Shown here piece by piece: positions 27,692 to 37,158 of a stretch of 64,000 bases of DNA. The stretch lies in NCBI GenBank assembly GCA_937997485.1, contig CALKTH010000005.1, positions 2,812 through 66,811 of the forward strand, written 5' to 3'. The stretch's first letter is position 1, and every line of letters begins with the position of its first letter. A model generated the notes under the pieces. That model saw nothing but the letters and a program-made list of their open reading frames with translations, had not been told where the DNA came from and ran no database searches. The stretch comes from an uncultured Acidimicrobiales bacterium. GTDB lineage: Bacteria; Actinomycetota; Acidimicrobiia; Acidimicrobiales; SZUA-35. The translations under genes and the position numbers were made by a program.

Positions 27692-29296
27692 ATGACGTCT
27701 TGGAACCTTGCTGATCTCGTTGAGCAGACGGCGGCGGTGGTTCCGGACCGGCTCGCCATCTCGTCGCCGTTGGGCGATCTGACGTACGAGGCGTTTGCCA
27801 GTCAAGCTCGGGATGCCGGCCGAGCGCTGATCGATGCCGGAGTGGAGCCCGGCGAGCGCGTGGCGTTGCTGGCGTGGAATCGCCCTGAGTGGCTGGTGGC
27901 CATGATCGGTTGCTTCGAGGCCAGCGTCGTTCCCGTCAATGTGAATTATCGCTACGTCGACGAGGAGGTGGCGCACCTCCTGTCGGACTCGGATTCGGTG
28001 GCGGTGATCACCGAGCCGGAGTTTCTGCCGCTCCTCCGTCGGATCCTGCCCGACCTGCCGTTGTGCACCCGAACGATCGTCTTCGACGGTCCTGGGCGGG
28101 GCGAGCCGTTCGACCGGGCGGCGACTCTCGATGCCATGGCGTGGACTGACTGGCTGACCCAGGGCAGATCGAGTTCGGCTGAGCTCCCACGACGATCCGG
28201 CGACGATCGATACATCCTCTACACCGGTGGGACGACGGGCATGCCGAAGGGTGTGCTCTGGCGTCAGGAAGACATCTTTCTCGGCGCCATGACCAGTCTC
28301 GAGACACCGGCGGATCCCAGCGTGGTGACTGACACTCTTGCCCCGGCCCGGGCCCCATGGTTGGTCACGTCGCCGTTGATGCACGGCAATGGCCAGTGGA
28401 ACTCCCTGCGGCCACTCATCGCTGGGAACGGCGTGTCGTTGTGGGTTGAACGGCGATTCGATCCGCTGGCGGTGATCGAACAGGCCGAACGGGATCGAGC
28501 CCAGCTCATCGTTTTGGTGGGCGACGGCATGGCCCGACCCTTTGCTGAAGCTCTTGCCGACGTGGATCCTGCTCCCGACCTTTCCTCCGTCGCCGTGCTG
28601 GCGTCCGGCGGAGCGATCCTCTCGCCCGTAGTGAAAGAGCAGCTTGCGGCACTCCTGCCCGACGTGCTGATCGTTGATGGCTTCGGTGCCAGCGAGAGCG
28701 GCGGAAACGGCGCGTTGGTCGGCACTGGTGATGGCGGAGCTCCCCGGTTTCAGATGAAGCCCGACACAGCGGTGCTCGACGACGACGGGCGCCCGTTGCC
28801 GCCGGGTTCGGGCATCACAGGCCGACTCGCACGGACGGGCCACATCCCGCTCGGCTACCACAAGGACCCGGTGAAGACGGCAGCGACCTTCCCCACCGGC
28901 CCGGACGGGAGGCGGTGGGCGATCCCGGGAGACGCCGCTCGACTGGAAGCGGACGGCACGATCACGGTCTTTGGCCGCGGCTCGAATTGCATCAATACCG
29001 GCGGCGAGAAGGTCTTCCCGGAAGAAGTGGAAGCGAAGCTGAAGGCCCACCCGGCTGTGATGGACGCCTTCGTTCTCGGCCGTGCCGACGAGCGTTTCGG
29101 ACAGCGCGTCGCTGCCGTGGTTGCCGCCCGACCGGGAACCACGCCGACACTCGACGACCTCGACGAGTTCCTCCGTTCACGGGTCGCCCACTACAAGATT
29201 CCCCGAGAGCTCGTCGTGGTGGATGCGCTGACCTACACGGGACCGGGCAAGCCCGACTACCGGTGGGCGAAGGAACAATTCAACGACCCCGATTGA
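27692..29296 (+). CDS. Acyl-CoA synthetase (FadD19-like)
   Basis: YTGGTTGMPKGV, PLMHG, CINTGGEKVFPEEVE, GKPDY. Confidence 0.93.
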   Translation: MTSWNLADLVEQTAAVVPDRLAISSPLGDLTYEAFASQARDAGRALIDAGVEPGERVALLAWNRPEWLVAMIGCFEASVVPVNVNYRYVDEEVAHLLSDSDSVAVITEPEFLPLLRRILPDLPLCTRTIVFDGPGRGEPFDRAATLDAMAWTDWLTQGRSSSAELPRRSGDDRYILYTGGTTGMPKGVLWRQEDIFLGAMTSLETPADPSVVTDTLAPARAPWLVTSPLMHGNGQWNSLRPLIAGNGVSLWVERRFDPLAVIEQAERDRAQLIVLVGDGMARPFAEALADVDPAPDLSSVAVLASGGAILSPVVKEQLAALLPDVLIVDGFGASESGGNGALVGTGDGGAPRFQMKPDTAVLDDDGRPLPPGSGITGRLARTGHIPLGYHKDPVKTAATFPTGPDGRRWAIPGDAARLEADGTITVFGRGSNCINTGGEKVFPEEVEAKLKAHPAVMDAFVLGRADERFGQRVAAVVAARPGTTPTLDDLDEFLRSRVAHYKIPRELVVVDALTYTGPGKPDYRWAKEQFNDPD

Positions 29297-29346
29297 GTCG
29301 ACCCTTTGACAGGCACGTTGTCAGAATCTGCGACTAGGTTGCCCAC

Positions 29347-30267
29347 GTGCTCGGTGCTGGTTTCGTCCTCGTGGTGATGGCTGTGACAGCAGCGTTCTTC
29401 GCCGTCCTTGAACTTCGTTGGTCGGCCGCGACTCGGCGCCAGCTCTACCAAGCCCAGCCCAGTCGAGAGATCCGCGAGGCGTTCGAAGAGTCGATGGCGG
29501 CACGAGGCGCCTTCGTCCAAGCTGTCGCCCGCTGCCGCTCGGTCGAACAGACCAGCGATCTGCTCGCTATCCAAGCGGCGGCAGATGTCCGACGAGGGGC
29601 ACTCAAGCGCCTCGAACGAGCGCAGAACGAATGGTCGTCGATTCGCGCTGAACACTCAGCGGACGACGGCTCCTGGTTCGGCCACGGTGTTGTGACGGCG
29701 TGGGCGCTGGGCTTCGTTGCCTTTGAGCGGGCGTTCATCCGGCTCGACCATTCGACCGATGAAGCGGCGTGGGTCATCTTCGAAGTACGGCGGCGCCGGT
29801 TCGGACTTGGGTTGGGCTGGGAGCAACAACGCGTCGCCGCCTCCGCCACTCACGCCGACCTCGCGCACCTCGACCTCCTCGTCGCCAGTGCGTTCGACGA
29901 CGCCGATGTCGCCTTCCGGCCGGGCTTCGTGCCGCTTCGTGTTCTCCGTTTGCTGCGTCGCCCCGCCCCACAACGTCGGGCAATCGACGAGCTCCTGGCG
30001 GTGGGAACGGCGGCCGACATGGCAGCAGGAGCCAGATTCGCGATCGATGCGGCCGCTCGACAACACGACGTGCTGCCGGCGGTACGCACGGACCGAGCTG
30101 CGCTCGACCTGCACCTCTCGGGGCCCTCTGTACTCATCGGCGCCTGGCTGCGTGCCGCAGCAACGGTCGATGTGCTCGTCAGCTGGCCTGAGCGGCCGTC
30201 GTCGGATCGCTCATCACGCGTTGTTGCACTTGATGGTGCCGCTGTCGGTGAACCCGCTCTCCGCTGA
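29347..30267 (+). CDS. Hypothetical membrane-anchored protein
   Basis: N-terminal TM, fills the gap; no motif recognised. Confidence 0.5.
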   Translation: MLGAGFVLVVMAVTAAFFAVLELRWSAATRRQLYQAQPSREIREAFEESMAARGAFVQAVARCRSVEQTSDLLAIQAAADVRRGALKRLERAQNEWSSIRAEHSADDGSWFGHGVVTAWALGFVAFERAFIRLDHSTDEAAWVIFEVRRRRFGLGLGWEQQRVAASATHADLAHLDLLVASAFDDADVAFRPGFVPLRVLRLLRRPAPQRRAIDELLAVGTAADMAAGARFAIDAAARQHDVLPAVRTDRAALDLHLSGPSVLIGAWLRAAATVDVLVSWPERPSSDRSSRVVALDGAAVGEPALR

Positions 30268-31185
30268 GGGCACCGGTACGAATTCGAAGCTCCACTCATC
30301 AGCCGCAAGCTCGAATCGCACGACGCCACGGGTGTCGTTTTGCCGGGCCGCTGAACCCTGCCGGATCTCTCCGAACTGAGTGAAGGTGGCGCCGCCGATT
30401 CCGATCGTGAAGTTCGAGATTCCGCCCTCGGCGGGCAGGCCGTCCGGCCCGAGGGGCTCGAAGCGTTCGTAGTGGTGGGAGTTGCCGGCAAGCAGGATGT
30501 CGGTTCCCGCTTCGAAGAGCAGCTCATACATCGGGCCGAGCCGCGGGATCTCCTGATAGTTGGCAGAGGAGGTGAAGCGAGGAAGGTGCCACATGGCGAT
30601 ACGACACTGGTCAGCCGGAGCCTCGGCCAACGTCTGAGCGAGCCATTGGTACTGCTCGCTCTCTGGATCGCAGCCGCCGACTTCGCCGCACTCGGAGTTG
30701 AGGCCAATGAGTTGCCAGGATCCGAGCTCCGCGGTGAACCAGCCCTTGCCGACCTCCCCGACCCGATCACCGAGGATTTGGAAGAAGGCGTCGGGGTTGC
30801 CGGTGCCGTAGTCGTTGTCGCCAGGCACGGCATACAGCCGATCGAGGTCTCCGCCGTAGAGCGGCAGGAAGCACTCGGTGAAGTTGGCGATCGAGCCTTC
30901 TTTGTAGGCGAGGTCTCCCGCCATCAACAGCGTGCCCTCGAGGCTCTCAATGAGTTCGGCCACCTCCGTGTCGGGCCCACGGCAATCGGCCGCATCGGCC
31001 ACGGCGAGCACCGTGGCCGGCGGGGGTGGGGGCGCCGTGGTGGTCGGTGCGATCGTCTCGTCCGGCGCCGGCTCGGCGACGTTGCCATCGTTCCCACCGC
31101 AGGCTGCGGCCAGCATGAAGAAGGTGGCAAGCAGGGTGGTCAGAGATCGCGCTCGAGAGGTGGCGGCAGGCCTGGCGGATTTCAT
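30214..31185 (-). CDS. Metallophosphoesterase lipoprotein
   Basis: Lipobox LAAAC, AGDLAY, PGDNDY, WHLPRF, GNSHHYER. Confidence 0.85.
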   Translation of the reverse strand: MKSARPAATSRARSLTTLLATFFMLAAACGGNDGNVAEPAPDETIAPTTTAPPPPPATVLAVADAADCRGPDTEVAELIESLEGTLLMAGDLAYKEGSIANFTECFLPLYGGDLDRLYAVPGDNDYGTGNPDAFFQILGDRVGEVGKGWFTAELGSWQLIGLNSECGEVGGCDPESEQYQWLAQTLAEAPADQCRIAMWHLPRFTSSANYQEIPRLGPMYELLFEAGTDILLAGNSHHYERFEPLGPDGLPAEGGISNFTIGIGGATFTQFGEIRQGSAARQNDTRGVVRFELAADEWSFEFVPVPSAESGFTDSGTIKCNNA

Positions 31186-31232
31186 CGACGACACGGTAGG
31201 TGAGGAAGGGCGTGAAGTGAGAGAGTGGGCGG

Positions 31233-32216
31233 ATGACAACCGCTCGCTATGGCATGTCCGTCCCCTTCGCTGGCCTTCAGCTCTCGGAACACCGAGACGC
31301 CTTCCGTGAATTGGTCGATCTGGGATACACCGACGCGTGGAGTTCCGAGGCGGACGGGGCGGACGGTTTCACACCGCTTGCGCTTGCTGCCGCCTGGGCG
31401 CCCGAGCTTCGTCTGGGCATAGCCATCATTCCCGCCTTCACCCGTGGTCCTGCACTTCTTGCCCAGAGTGTGGCGTCGCTGGCCAGCGCCGCTCCCGGTC
31501 GGTTCGTGATGGGAATCGGGTCGTCCTCCAACGTGATCGTCGAGCGATGGAACGGCATTCCCTTCGATGAGCCCTATAAGCGAACCCGTGATGCTGTCCG
31601 CTTTCTGCAGACGGCGCTGACGGGCGAGAAGGTGAAGGAGGAGTACGACACGTTTACGGTGAACGGCTTCAAGCTCGGCCTTCGCCCGGCGGAGATGCCA
31701 CCCATTCTCGTGGCTGCGCTGCGTCCCGGCATGTTGCGTATGGCGGGCCGCGAAGGCGACGGCGCCATCATCAACTGGTTGTCAGCTGACGACGTGCGAA
31801 CCGTTGCCCCGATCGTCACCGAAGCGGCGGCCAAGGCCGGAAAGCCTGAGCCCGAGATCGCGGCCCGCATTTTTGTTTGCCCGAGCGAGGATGCCGAGAC
31901 CGTGCGAGCCCAAGCCAAGTTCGCCATCGCCGCCTATCTCAATGTGCCCGTGTACGCCGCGTTCCACGAGTGGCTGGGACGAGGCGAGCAACTTGGGGGC
32001 ATGTGGGAGCAGTGGAAGGCTGGCGACCGCAAGGCTGCGCTTGCCGCCATTCCCGATTCGGTGGTTGACGAGATCATCGTGCACGGCTCGCCGGGGGAGT
32101 GCCGAGAGCACATCCAGCGCTACGTGGAAGCGGGCGTCACCACGCCCGCAGTCTCCGTCATGCCGTTCGCCGGCATCGACCCCATGCAAGCCGTCCGCGA
32201 CCTCGCACCCCAGTAG
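31233..32216 (+). CDS. LLM-class F420-dependent oxidoreductase
   Basis: LGYTDAWSSE, DGFTPLA, PGRFVMGIG, AALRPGMLRMAGREGDG. Confidence 0.9.
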   Translation: MTTARYGMSVPFAGLQLSEHRDAFRELVDLGYTDAWSSEADGADGFTPLALAAAWAPELRLGIAIIPAFTRGPALLAQSVASLASAAPGRFVMGIGSSSNVIVERWNGIPFDEPYKRTRDAVRFLQTALTGEKVKEEYDTFTVNGFKLGLRPAEMPPILVAALRPGMLRMAGREGDGAIINWLSADDVRTVAPIVTEAAAKAGKPEPEIAARIFVCPSEDAETVRAQAKFAIAAYLNVPVYAAFHEWLGRGEQLGGMWEQWKAGDRKAALAAIPDSVVDEIIVHGSPGECREHIQRYVEAGVTTPAVSVMPFAGIDPMQAVRDLAPQ

Positions 32217-32294
32217 CCGCCGCCCAGCTTCTGCAAGACAGCGAGTGGCGAATACGCAACTGGGTGTCTTGCCGAAGCGGTGACAGTGGCGAGA

Positions 32295-34721
32295 TCAGTC
32301 GGTCGGGAGCCACACCAGGAGGAGATCTTCGACGGTGATGTCGGTCTTCTCCAAGGGAATCTCGTCGGTCTCGATGTTCTCTGCCTTCTCGGTCCACTCG
32401 TCGTCGATTTCAATGACGGCGTCCTGAAGCTCGGCTTCGAGTTCTTCGAGTTCTTCGATCTTCTCAGCCACTCGGTTCTGGGCGGTATGGAGACGAGCCT
32501 CGGTGGAATCGGACTGGCGCTTGCCTGACGCCATGCGGCGGGCGGCACCTCCGAGACTGCGGGCCGAGCGCCGTCCGCCGAGGAGACCTCCGAGGATCGA
32601 GGTGCCGATGTTGATCACGTTCTGGGTCTTGCGGCCCTTGGCTGACTCTTCCAGTTCGACCACTCGATCTTCGGCCTTCGCCAGCGCGGCTTGCACCCGG
32701 TCGTACTTCGTCTCGAGCTTGGTCCGCAGCTTGGCCGCAGCCTCGTCGGCCTTGTCGTCGGCCGCCGCCTCGCACCGTTTGGCGAAGTCTTCGGCAGATT
32801 CGCCAGGCCGGCTCCACAGCTTGAGATCCGGGTTGTGCTGAAGCGAGAGCGTTTCACCGGTGTAGAGGCGGGCTCGCAGATCGGTCTGAGCCTTCTTGAT
32901 CGCCGTGGCCGTCAGGTTGAATGAGGGCATGACGTAGACCGGGTTCGTCGGTCCGTCGTTCACAAAGTCTCGATCGTCGAAGTCGACCTCGATCGCATCG
33001 TCGGCGTCGATGGCATCGCCGGTGAGCGGAATGATGGCTTCCCATTCTTCGTTGTGGCGCAGGTCCGCCTTCGTCTCGTCGAAGAGGAGATTCATGCGAG
33101 CAGCCAGGGCGGGCATCAGCTTCGTGCCGCCCTCACGCGCACCGACGGCGTCGAGCCATGGAGCCGAGGAATGCACGTACTTCATGGGGAGGCTGTCGGG
33201 CACCGAAGGCGGAACAGACGACTCGTTGTCGGCCAGCGTCGGCGCCTCGGGCTCGGCTGGTGCACTTGCCGCACCGCCGGCGGGCGTCGCTGCAGACGAT
33301 CCGCCGTCGGCTGTTGGCGCGCCTTCGAGAGCTGCCTTCTGATCGACCATGAGCTCGCCGATCTGGTCTCGGGTCAGCGGACCGGCGAGGTAGCTCATCG
33401 CCCAGCGCGTCGTGAGCAGTGGCAGCTTCGAGGAGCGAGCGGATCGGAGCACGAATTGACGCTTGCCGAGTCCGCTGATGATCCGCTCGACTTCCGCCAC
33501 GTCAACGCCACCATCGGCCGAACGCAGGCCGTCAACCAAGCGGTTCTTGTCCTGCTCGGTCTGCAACCGTCCGATCATCCAGGTGCCAGCGTTGCTGATG
33601 GCCTTGTAGTCCAGGTCGACCGGGTTCTGCGTGCTCAGTACGAGCCCGACACCGAACGCACGCGCCTGCTTGAGCAGCGTGAGGATGGGGCCCTTCGTGG
33701 GCGGATTGGCCGTGGGAGGCGCGTAACCAGCGACCTCGTCGATGTACACGAGCACTCGAAGCTCGCCGGTTCCCGACTGGGCGCGCATCCAGCTGATCAG
33801 CTTGCTGAGGACGAGAGTGACAGCGAACTGCCGCTCCGCCTCGTCGAGATGGCTGAGGCTCACGATGGCGGCCCGGGGATCGCCATTGCTGTCCCAGAGC
33901 ATCGACTGCATGTCGAGCGGTGCGCCCTCGGCCCACGCAGCAAAGCTCGGTGAGGCGAGCAGGCCGTTGAGCTTCATGACCAGCGCCGTGCGGTCCTTCG
34001 CGGGGAAGAACGAGTCGAGTTCGAGCACACCCAGCTTGCGGATGGGCGGATCCATCATCTGCCCGAGGAGTGTGGGGAGATCCATCGGCGCATCCGATGC
34101 CCAGGCCCGGGTGATGAGGTTCGCCATCAGAATGTGTTCGCGCCCGGAAAGCGGATCGCTCTCGATGCCGACAAGGCTGAGCAGGCCGGCGACGGTGCTA
34201 TCAACCTCGTCTTGCAAGACCTGTGGGTCATCGCTGTCCGGTTTGGAGAGCCGGCCGAGTGCATTGAGCGGCACACCGGACGTCGAGCCCGGCGTGTAGA
34301 TGATGGGATTGGCTGAAGCCTGGAGCTTGGCGATGTCGTCGCCGTCGTGGCCCCACGAGGCGAGCCCGTTCTTCCACATCTCTGCCGTTGAAGCGGCGAG
34401 TTCGGGCACGGTGGTCTGCTCGACGCGGGCTGCGCCCTCGTCGATCCAGGGTTCGAAGTCGCTCGGTGCCAGGTTCGGGAAGGTGAGGCTGAGATTGCTG
34501 AGATCGCCCTTGGGATCGATGGCGAGCACCGGCACGCCGGACATCAACGCCTCTTCGAGCAAGACGACGCCGAGGCCCGTCTTGCCGGACCCGGTCATGC
34601 CAACGATGACCCCGTGGGTTGTGAAATCTGCGGCGTCGAGCAGGACACTTTCACCCGTTCGATCACCCGAATCGCTCTCGATTTCTTCACCGATGAACAA
34701 CTCGCCTGGCTTGCGTTCCAT
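32295..34721 (-). CDS. DUF87/HerA-like P-loop ATPase with C-terminal coiled coil
   Basis: THGVIVGMTGSGKT, VYIDE, QARAFGVGLVLSTQNPVDLDY. Confidence 0.88.
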   Translation of the reverse strand: MERKPGELFIGEEIESDSGDRTGESVLLDAADFTTHGVIVGMTGSGKTGLGVVLLEEALMSGVPVLAIDPKGDLSNLSLTFPNLAPSDFEPWIDEGAARVEQTTVPELAASTAEMWKNGLASWGHDGDDIAKLQASANPIIYTPGSTSGVPLNALGRLSKPDSDDPQVLQDEVDSTVAGLLSLVGIESDPLSGREHILMANLITRAWASDAPMDLPTLLGQMMDPPIRKLGVLELDSFFPAKDRTALVMKLNGLLASPSFAAWAEGAPLDMQSMLWDSNGDPRAAIVSLSHLDEAERQFAVTLVLSKLISWMRAQSGTGELRVLVYIDEVAGYAPPTANPPTKGPILTLLKQARAFGVGLVLSTQNPVDLDYKAISNAGTWMIGRLQTEQDKNRLVDGLRSADGGVDVAEVERIISGLGKRQFVLRSARSSKLPLLTTRWAMSYLAGPLTRDQIGELMVDQKAALEGAPTADGGSSAATPAGGAASAPAEPEAPTLADNESSVPPSVPDSLPMKYVHSSAPWLDAVGAREGGTKLMPALAARMNLLFDETKADLRHNEEWEAIIPLTGDAIDADDAIEVDFDDRDFVNDGPTNPVYVMPSFNLTATAIKKAQTDLRARLYTGETLSLQHNPDLKLWSRPGESAEDFAKRCEAAADDKADEAAAKLRTKLETKYDRVQAALAKAEDRVVELEESAKGRKTQNVINIGTSILGGLLGGRRSARSLGGAARRMASGKRQSDSTEARLHTAQNRVAEKIEELEELEAELQDAVIEIDDEWTEKAENIETDEIPLEKTDITVEDLLLVWLPTD

Positions 34722-34843
34722 TCGCCCGTCTCCTCTTTGACCGTGCCGGATCTTTCAACTATCGCACCTCTTGGGCAAAAACCCGGCAAACTAGGCGCAG
34801 TATCCCCAGCTCGTGGGGCTGCAATGACAAGGGAGAGCACCTC

Positions 34844-35194
34844 ATGGGCTTCATGGACAAGATCAAGGGAATGTTTGGCGGCGCGACCAACAGCGTTTCC
34901 GACATCGCAAACAAGGCTGGCGACGTGGCTGGCGATGTTGCTGGCAAGGCCGGCGACATGGCTGACAAGGCCGGCATGGGCGGCGTGGCCGACAAGATCG
35001 GCGACGTTGCTGAGAAGGCTGGCGACATTGCTGGCAGCGCCCGCGAGACCGTCGGCGGCGTCGTCGAAGGCGCCGTGGACAAGGTCGCAGACGTGGCCGA
35101 CTCCGCAACTGGCGGCAAGATGAGCGATCAGATCGACAAGGTCCGCGACGTGGCCGACAAGATCGACGGTGTCGACGACAACCCCGACGCCTGA
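34844..35194 (+). CDS. Rv0909/MT0933-like protein with expanded K-x-x-D-x-A repeats
   Basis: MGFMDKIK; AVDKVADVADSATGGKMSDQIDKV; SD GGGAGAG. Confidence 0.75.
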   Translation: MGFMDKIKGMFGGATNSVSDIANKAGDVAGDVAGKAGDMADKAGMGGVADKIGDVAEKAGDIAGSARETVGGVVEGAVDKVADVADSATGGKMSDQIDKVRDVADKIDGVDDNPDA

Positions 35195-35247
35195 TCCATT
35201 CGCGCTGCTCACCCTCGGGTGAGCAAGCGGTGAACAGATGTACGCGC

Positions 35248-35285
35248 AGACCGCAGCGGCTTCGGCCCTGCGGTCTTTGCGTTTC
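35248..35285 (+). terminator. Intrinsic terminator
   Basis: AGACCGCAG...C(TTCG)G...CTGCGGTCT followed by TTGCGTTT. Confidence 0.7.
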
Positions 35286-35362
35286 CGGGGACAGAGCCGC
35301 TCGGCCGTCAGGCACTGCTCTGCGTCCGGCTTCGCCCTGCGTCGGCCGCTGAGCCGCAGTTG

Positions 35363-36079
35363 TCAGGCGGACGGGCCCGCCGCGGCTCGCTTGAGGTGCT
35401 CGGTGAGGCTGGCCAGCGTTTCGTGGGTGTTGAGTCCGCTCGTGTTCGGCATGAGGTAAACCTGCGTGGCGCCCATGGGGGCGTCCTGCCAGCCAGCGAC
35501 AGCCTGTCGGTCAACGGCCATGCGCCACCCGGTGAGGCCGACCATCACCAGCGTGTTCGGCTCGAGCCAGCCCATGAGCCGTTCCAAGCGAGTTCTCCCC
35601 GCCTCGAACTCGGCGGAGTTGACCTCGTCGGCTCGGACCGTGGCTCGCTTGGCGAGGTCGGTGAACCCGACACGGTGATCGGCGAGCGCTGCGTCGGTGT
35701 CTCGATCTTTGGTGACGACTCCCGCTTCTATCGCCGCCGGCCAGAACCGATTGCCCTTCCGAGCAAAGCCGACTCGCTGGTCAGCGGCGTACAGGCTTGG
35801 GTTCAGGCCGCAGATCAGCAGACGCATGCGCGGCCGGACGATGTCGGGCAGTGAGTGCTGCCGAATCGCCTGCGAGCCCCGCATCCGGAATCCAGCACCC
35901 TCGAGGAGCAAATCCTCAGGAACGGGGAGATCTCCCGAAATGGAGATGTTCACGGCTGCGTCGACAGGGAGCGTCCGGTGCAAACGCGCCAGCCACATCG
36001 GAAGATCGGCGGAGTCGACGTTGGTCTCTCGCCGAAGGCCGACGTCGTCGCTGACAGCCTTGACGAGGTGATTCGTCAC
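35363..36079 (-). CDS. Mismatch-specific uracil-DNA glycosylase (Mug family)
   Basis: LPDIVRPRMRLLICGLNPS, GNRFW, MPNTSGLN. Confidence 0.88.
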   Translation of the reverse strand: MTNHLVKAVSDDVGLRRETNVDSADLPMWLARLHRTLPVDAAVNISISGDLPVPEDLLLEGAGFRMRGSQAIRQHSLPDIVRPRMRLLICGLNPSLYAADQRVGFARKGNRFWPAAIEAGVVTKDRDTDAALADHRVGFTDLAKRATVRADEVNSAEFEAGRTRLERLMGWLEPNTLVMVGLTGWRMAVDRQAVAGWQDAPMGATQVYLMPNTSGLNTHETLASLTEHLKRAAAGPSA

Positions 36080-36224
36080 CCTTCTCCGGCGATCGGGTGC
36101 CGCGACCGAACACTGCGCATTGAGCGAACCCTACCGGGCTGATGAAGTGACCGGACGAACAGGTCAAACGTGGCTACGGTGGCCTGACCCGGACGAGGCG
36201 AGGGCCTCGAGCAGGAGTCCAGAC

Positions 36225-36404
36225 ATGGTGACCGAAGCAACCGATCTCGAGACCGCCGACGTGAAGATGACGTCTGTCGCCTCGCTCGAAGAAGCGCTGA
36301 GCATGATCGACGCCGGACTTGGCGGACTCACTGACCGGCAGCTGGTTTCCGCTGCTGAAGTGACGGATTTGCTGCTCGACGTCCGTTCGCTCCTCGCCCC
36401 GTAG
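36225..36404 (+). CDS. Small hypothetical protein (59 aa)
   Basis: AGGAG SD; ...RQLVSAAEVTDLLLDVRSLL. Confidence 0.65.
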   Translation: MVTEATDLETADVKMTSVASLEEALSMIDAGLGGLTDRQLVSAAEVTDLLLDVRSLLAP

Positions 36405-36449
36405 GCTCGGCCAGACCGTTATCTCGCGGCTGCTTGGGCCGCAAGAGCA

Positions 36450-36995
36450 TCAGAGTGGGCGGACCCGCTTGGCGATCTCGCCGAGGATCGCACCGGTCAC
36501 GAATCCGGCGCCAACATCGGTGGCGTGGTGCATGCGCGCATGGATTCGGCTCGTGCCGACGATGCCGCTCAGTGTCCACCAGACCAAGAATCCCCCGGGG
36601 ACAGCGTTGGTCAACAACACCGCCGCCATCGCCGCGCTGCTGGCGTGTCCGCTCGGAAAGCTTGCGGTCTTCGGCCGTCGCAGGTGCGGGGCACCCTCGA
36701 TGAGATCGGGCCGCTGCCGGTTGAAGATGCGTTTGATGCCCTGGTTCACCAGAAGCGACTCAACGCCGAGGGCAACGGTCATGCGGGCGGCGTGCGGGCG
36801 GAGCGACGGGATGAACGCCGCACCAGCGAGGGAGATCACATGCCAGCCGATGGAGAACTCGGCGGCTCGGCTGGCGTTGTAGAACACCGCATTGGCGACC
36901 TTGTTCTGTCGCAGCGGCATGAAGGCCTGATCCACCTTCTCGTCCAGCTCGTGCAGTGCTCGCAGCATGGCGTGGAGCCTACGCCTTGCACCCAT
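36450..36995 (-). CDS. PAP2 family phosphatase
   Basis: KRIFNRQRP, SFPSGH, SRIHARMHHATD; start could be 36968. Confidence 0.9.
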   Translation of the reverse strand: MGARRRLHAMLRALHELDEKVDQAFMPLRQNKVANAVFYNASRAAEFSIGWHVISLAGAAFIPSLRPHAARMTVALGVESLLVNQGIKRIFNRQRPDLIEGAPHLRRPKTASFPSGHASSAAMAAVLLTNAVPGGFLVWWTLSGIVGTSRIHARMHHATDVGAGFVTGAILGEIAKRVRPL

Positions 36996-37033
36996 CTGCT
37001 CCCGCCGCACACTTTGCTCCGCCCTAAAACGCA

Positions 37034-37079
37034 CGTGGCACCGTTACTTGTCGCCAGAGCGACAAGTAACGGTGCCACG
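37034..37079. repeat. Perfect 21-bp palindromic hairpin (REP-like)
   Basis: CGTGGCACCGTTACTTGTCGC-CAGA-GCGACAAGTAACGGTGCCACG. Confidence 0.9.
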
Positions 37080-37158
37080 AAGATGTTGCCGAGCCACGAC
37101 GCTGCCAGATCGGAACGCTGTCAGGTGAGAAAGCTGTCAGACAGCGACTCGTGTCAGA

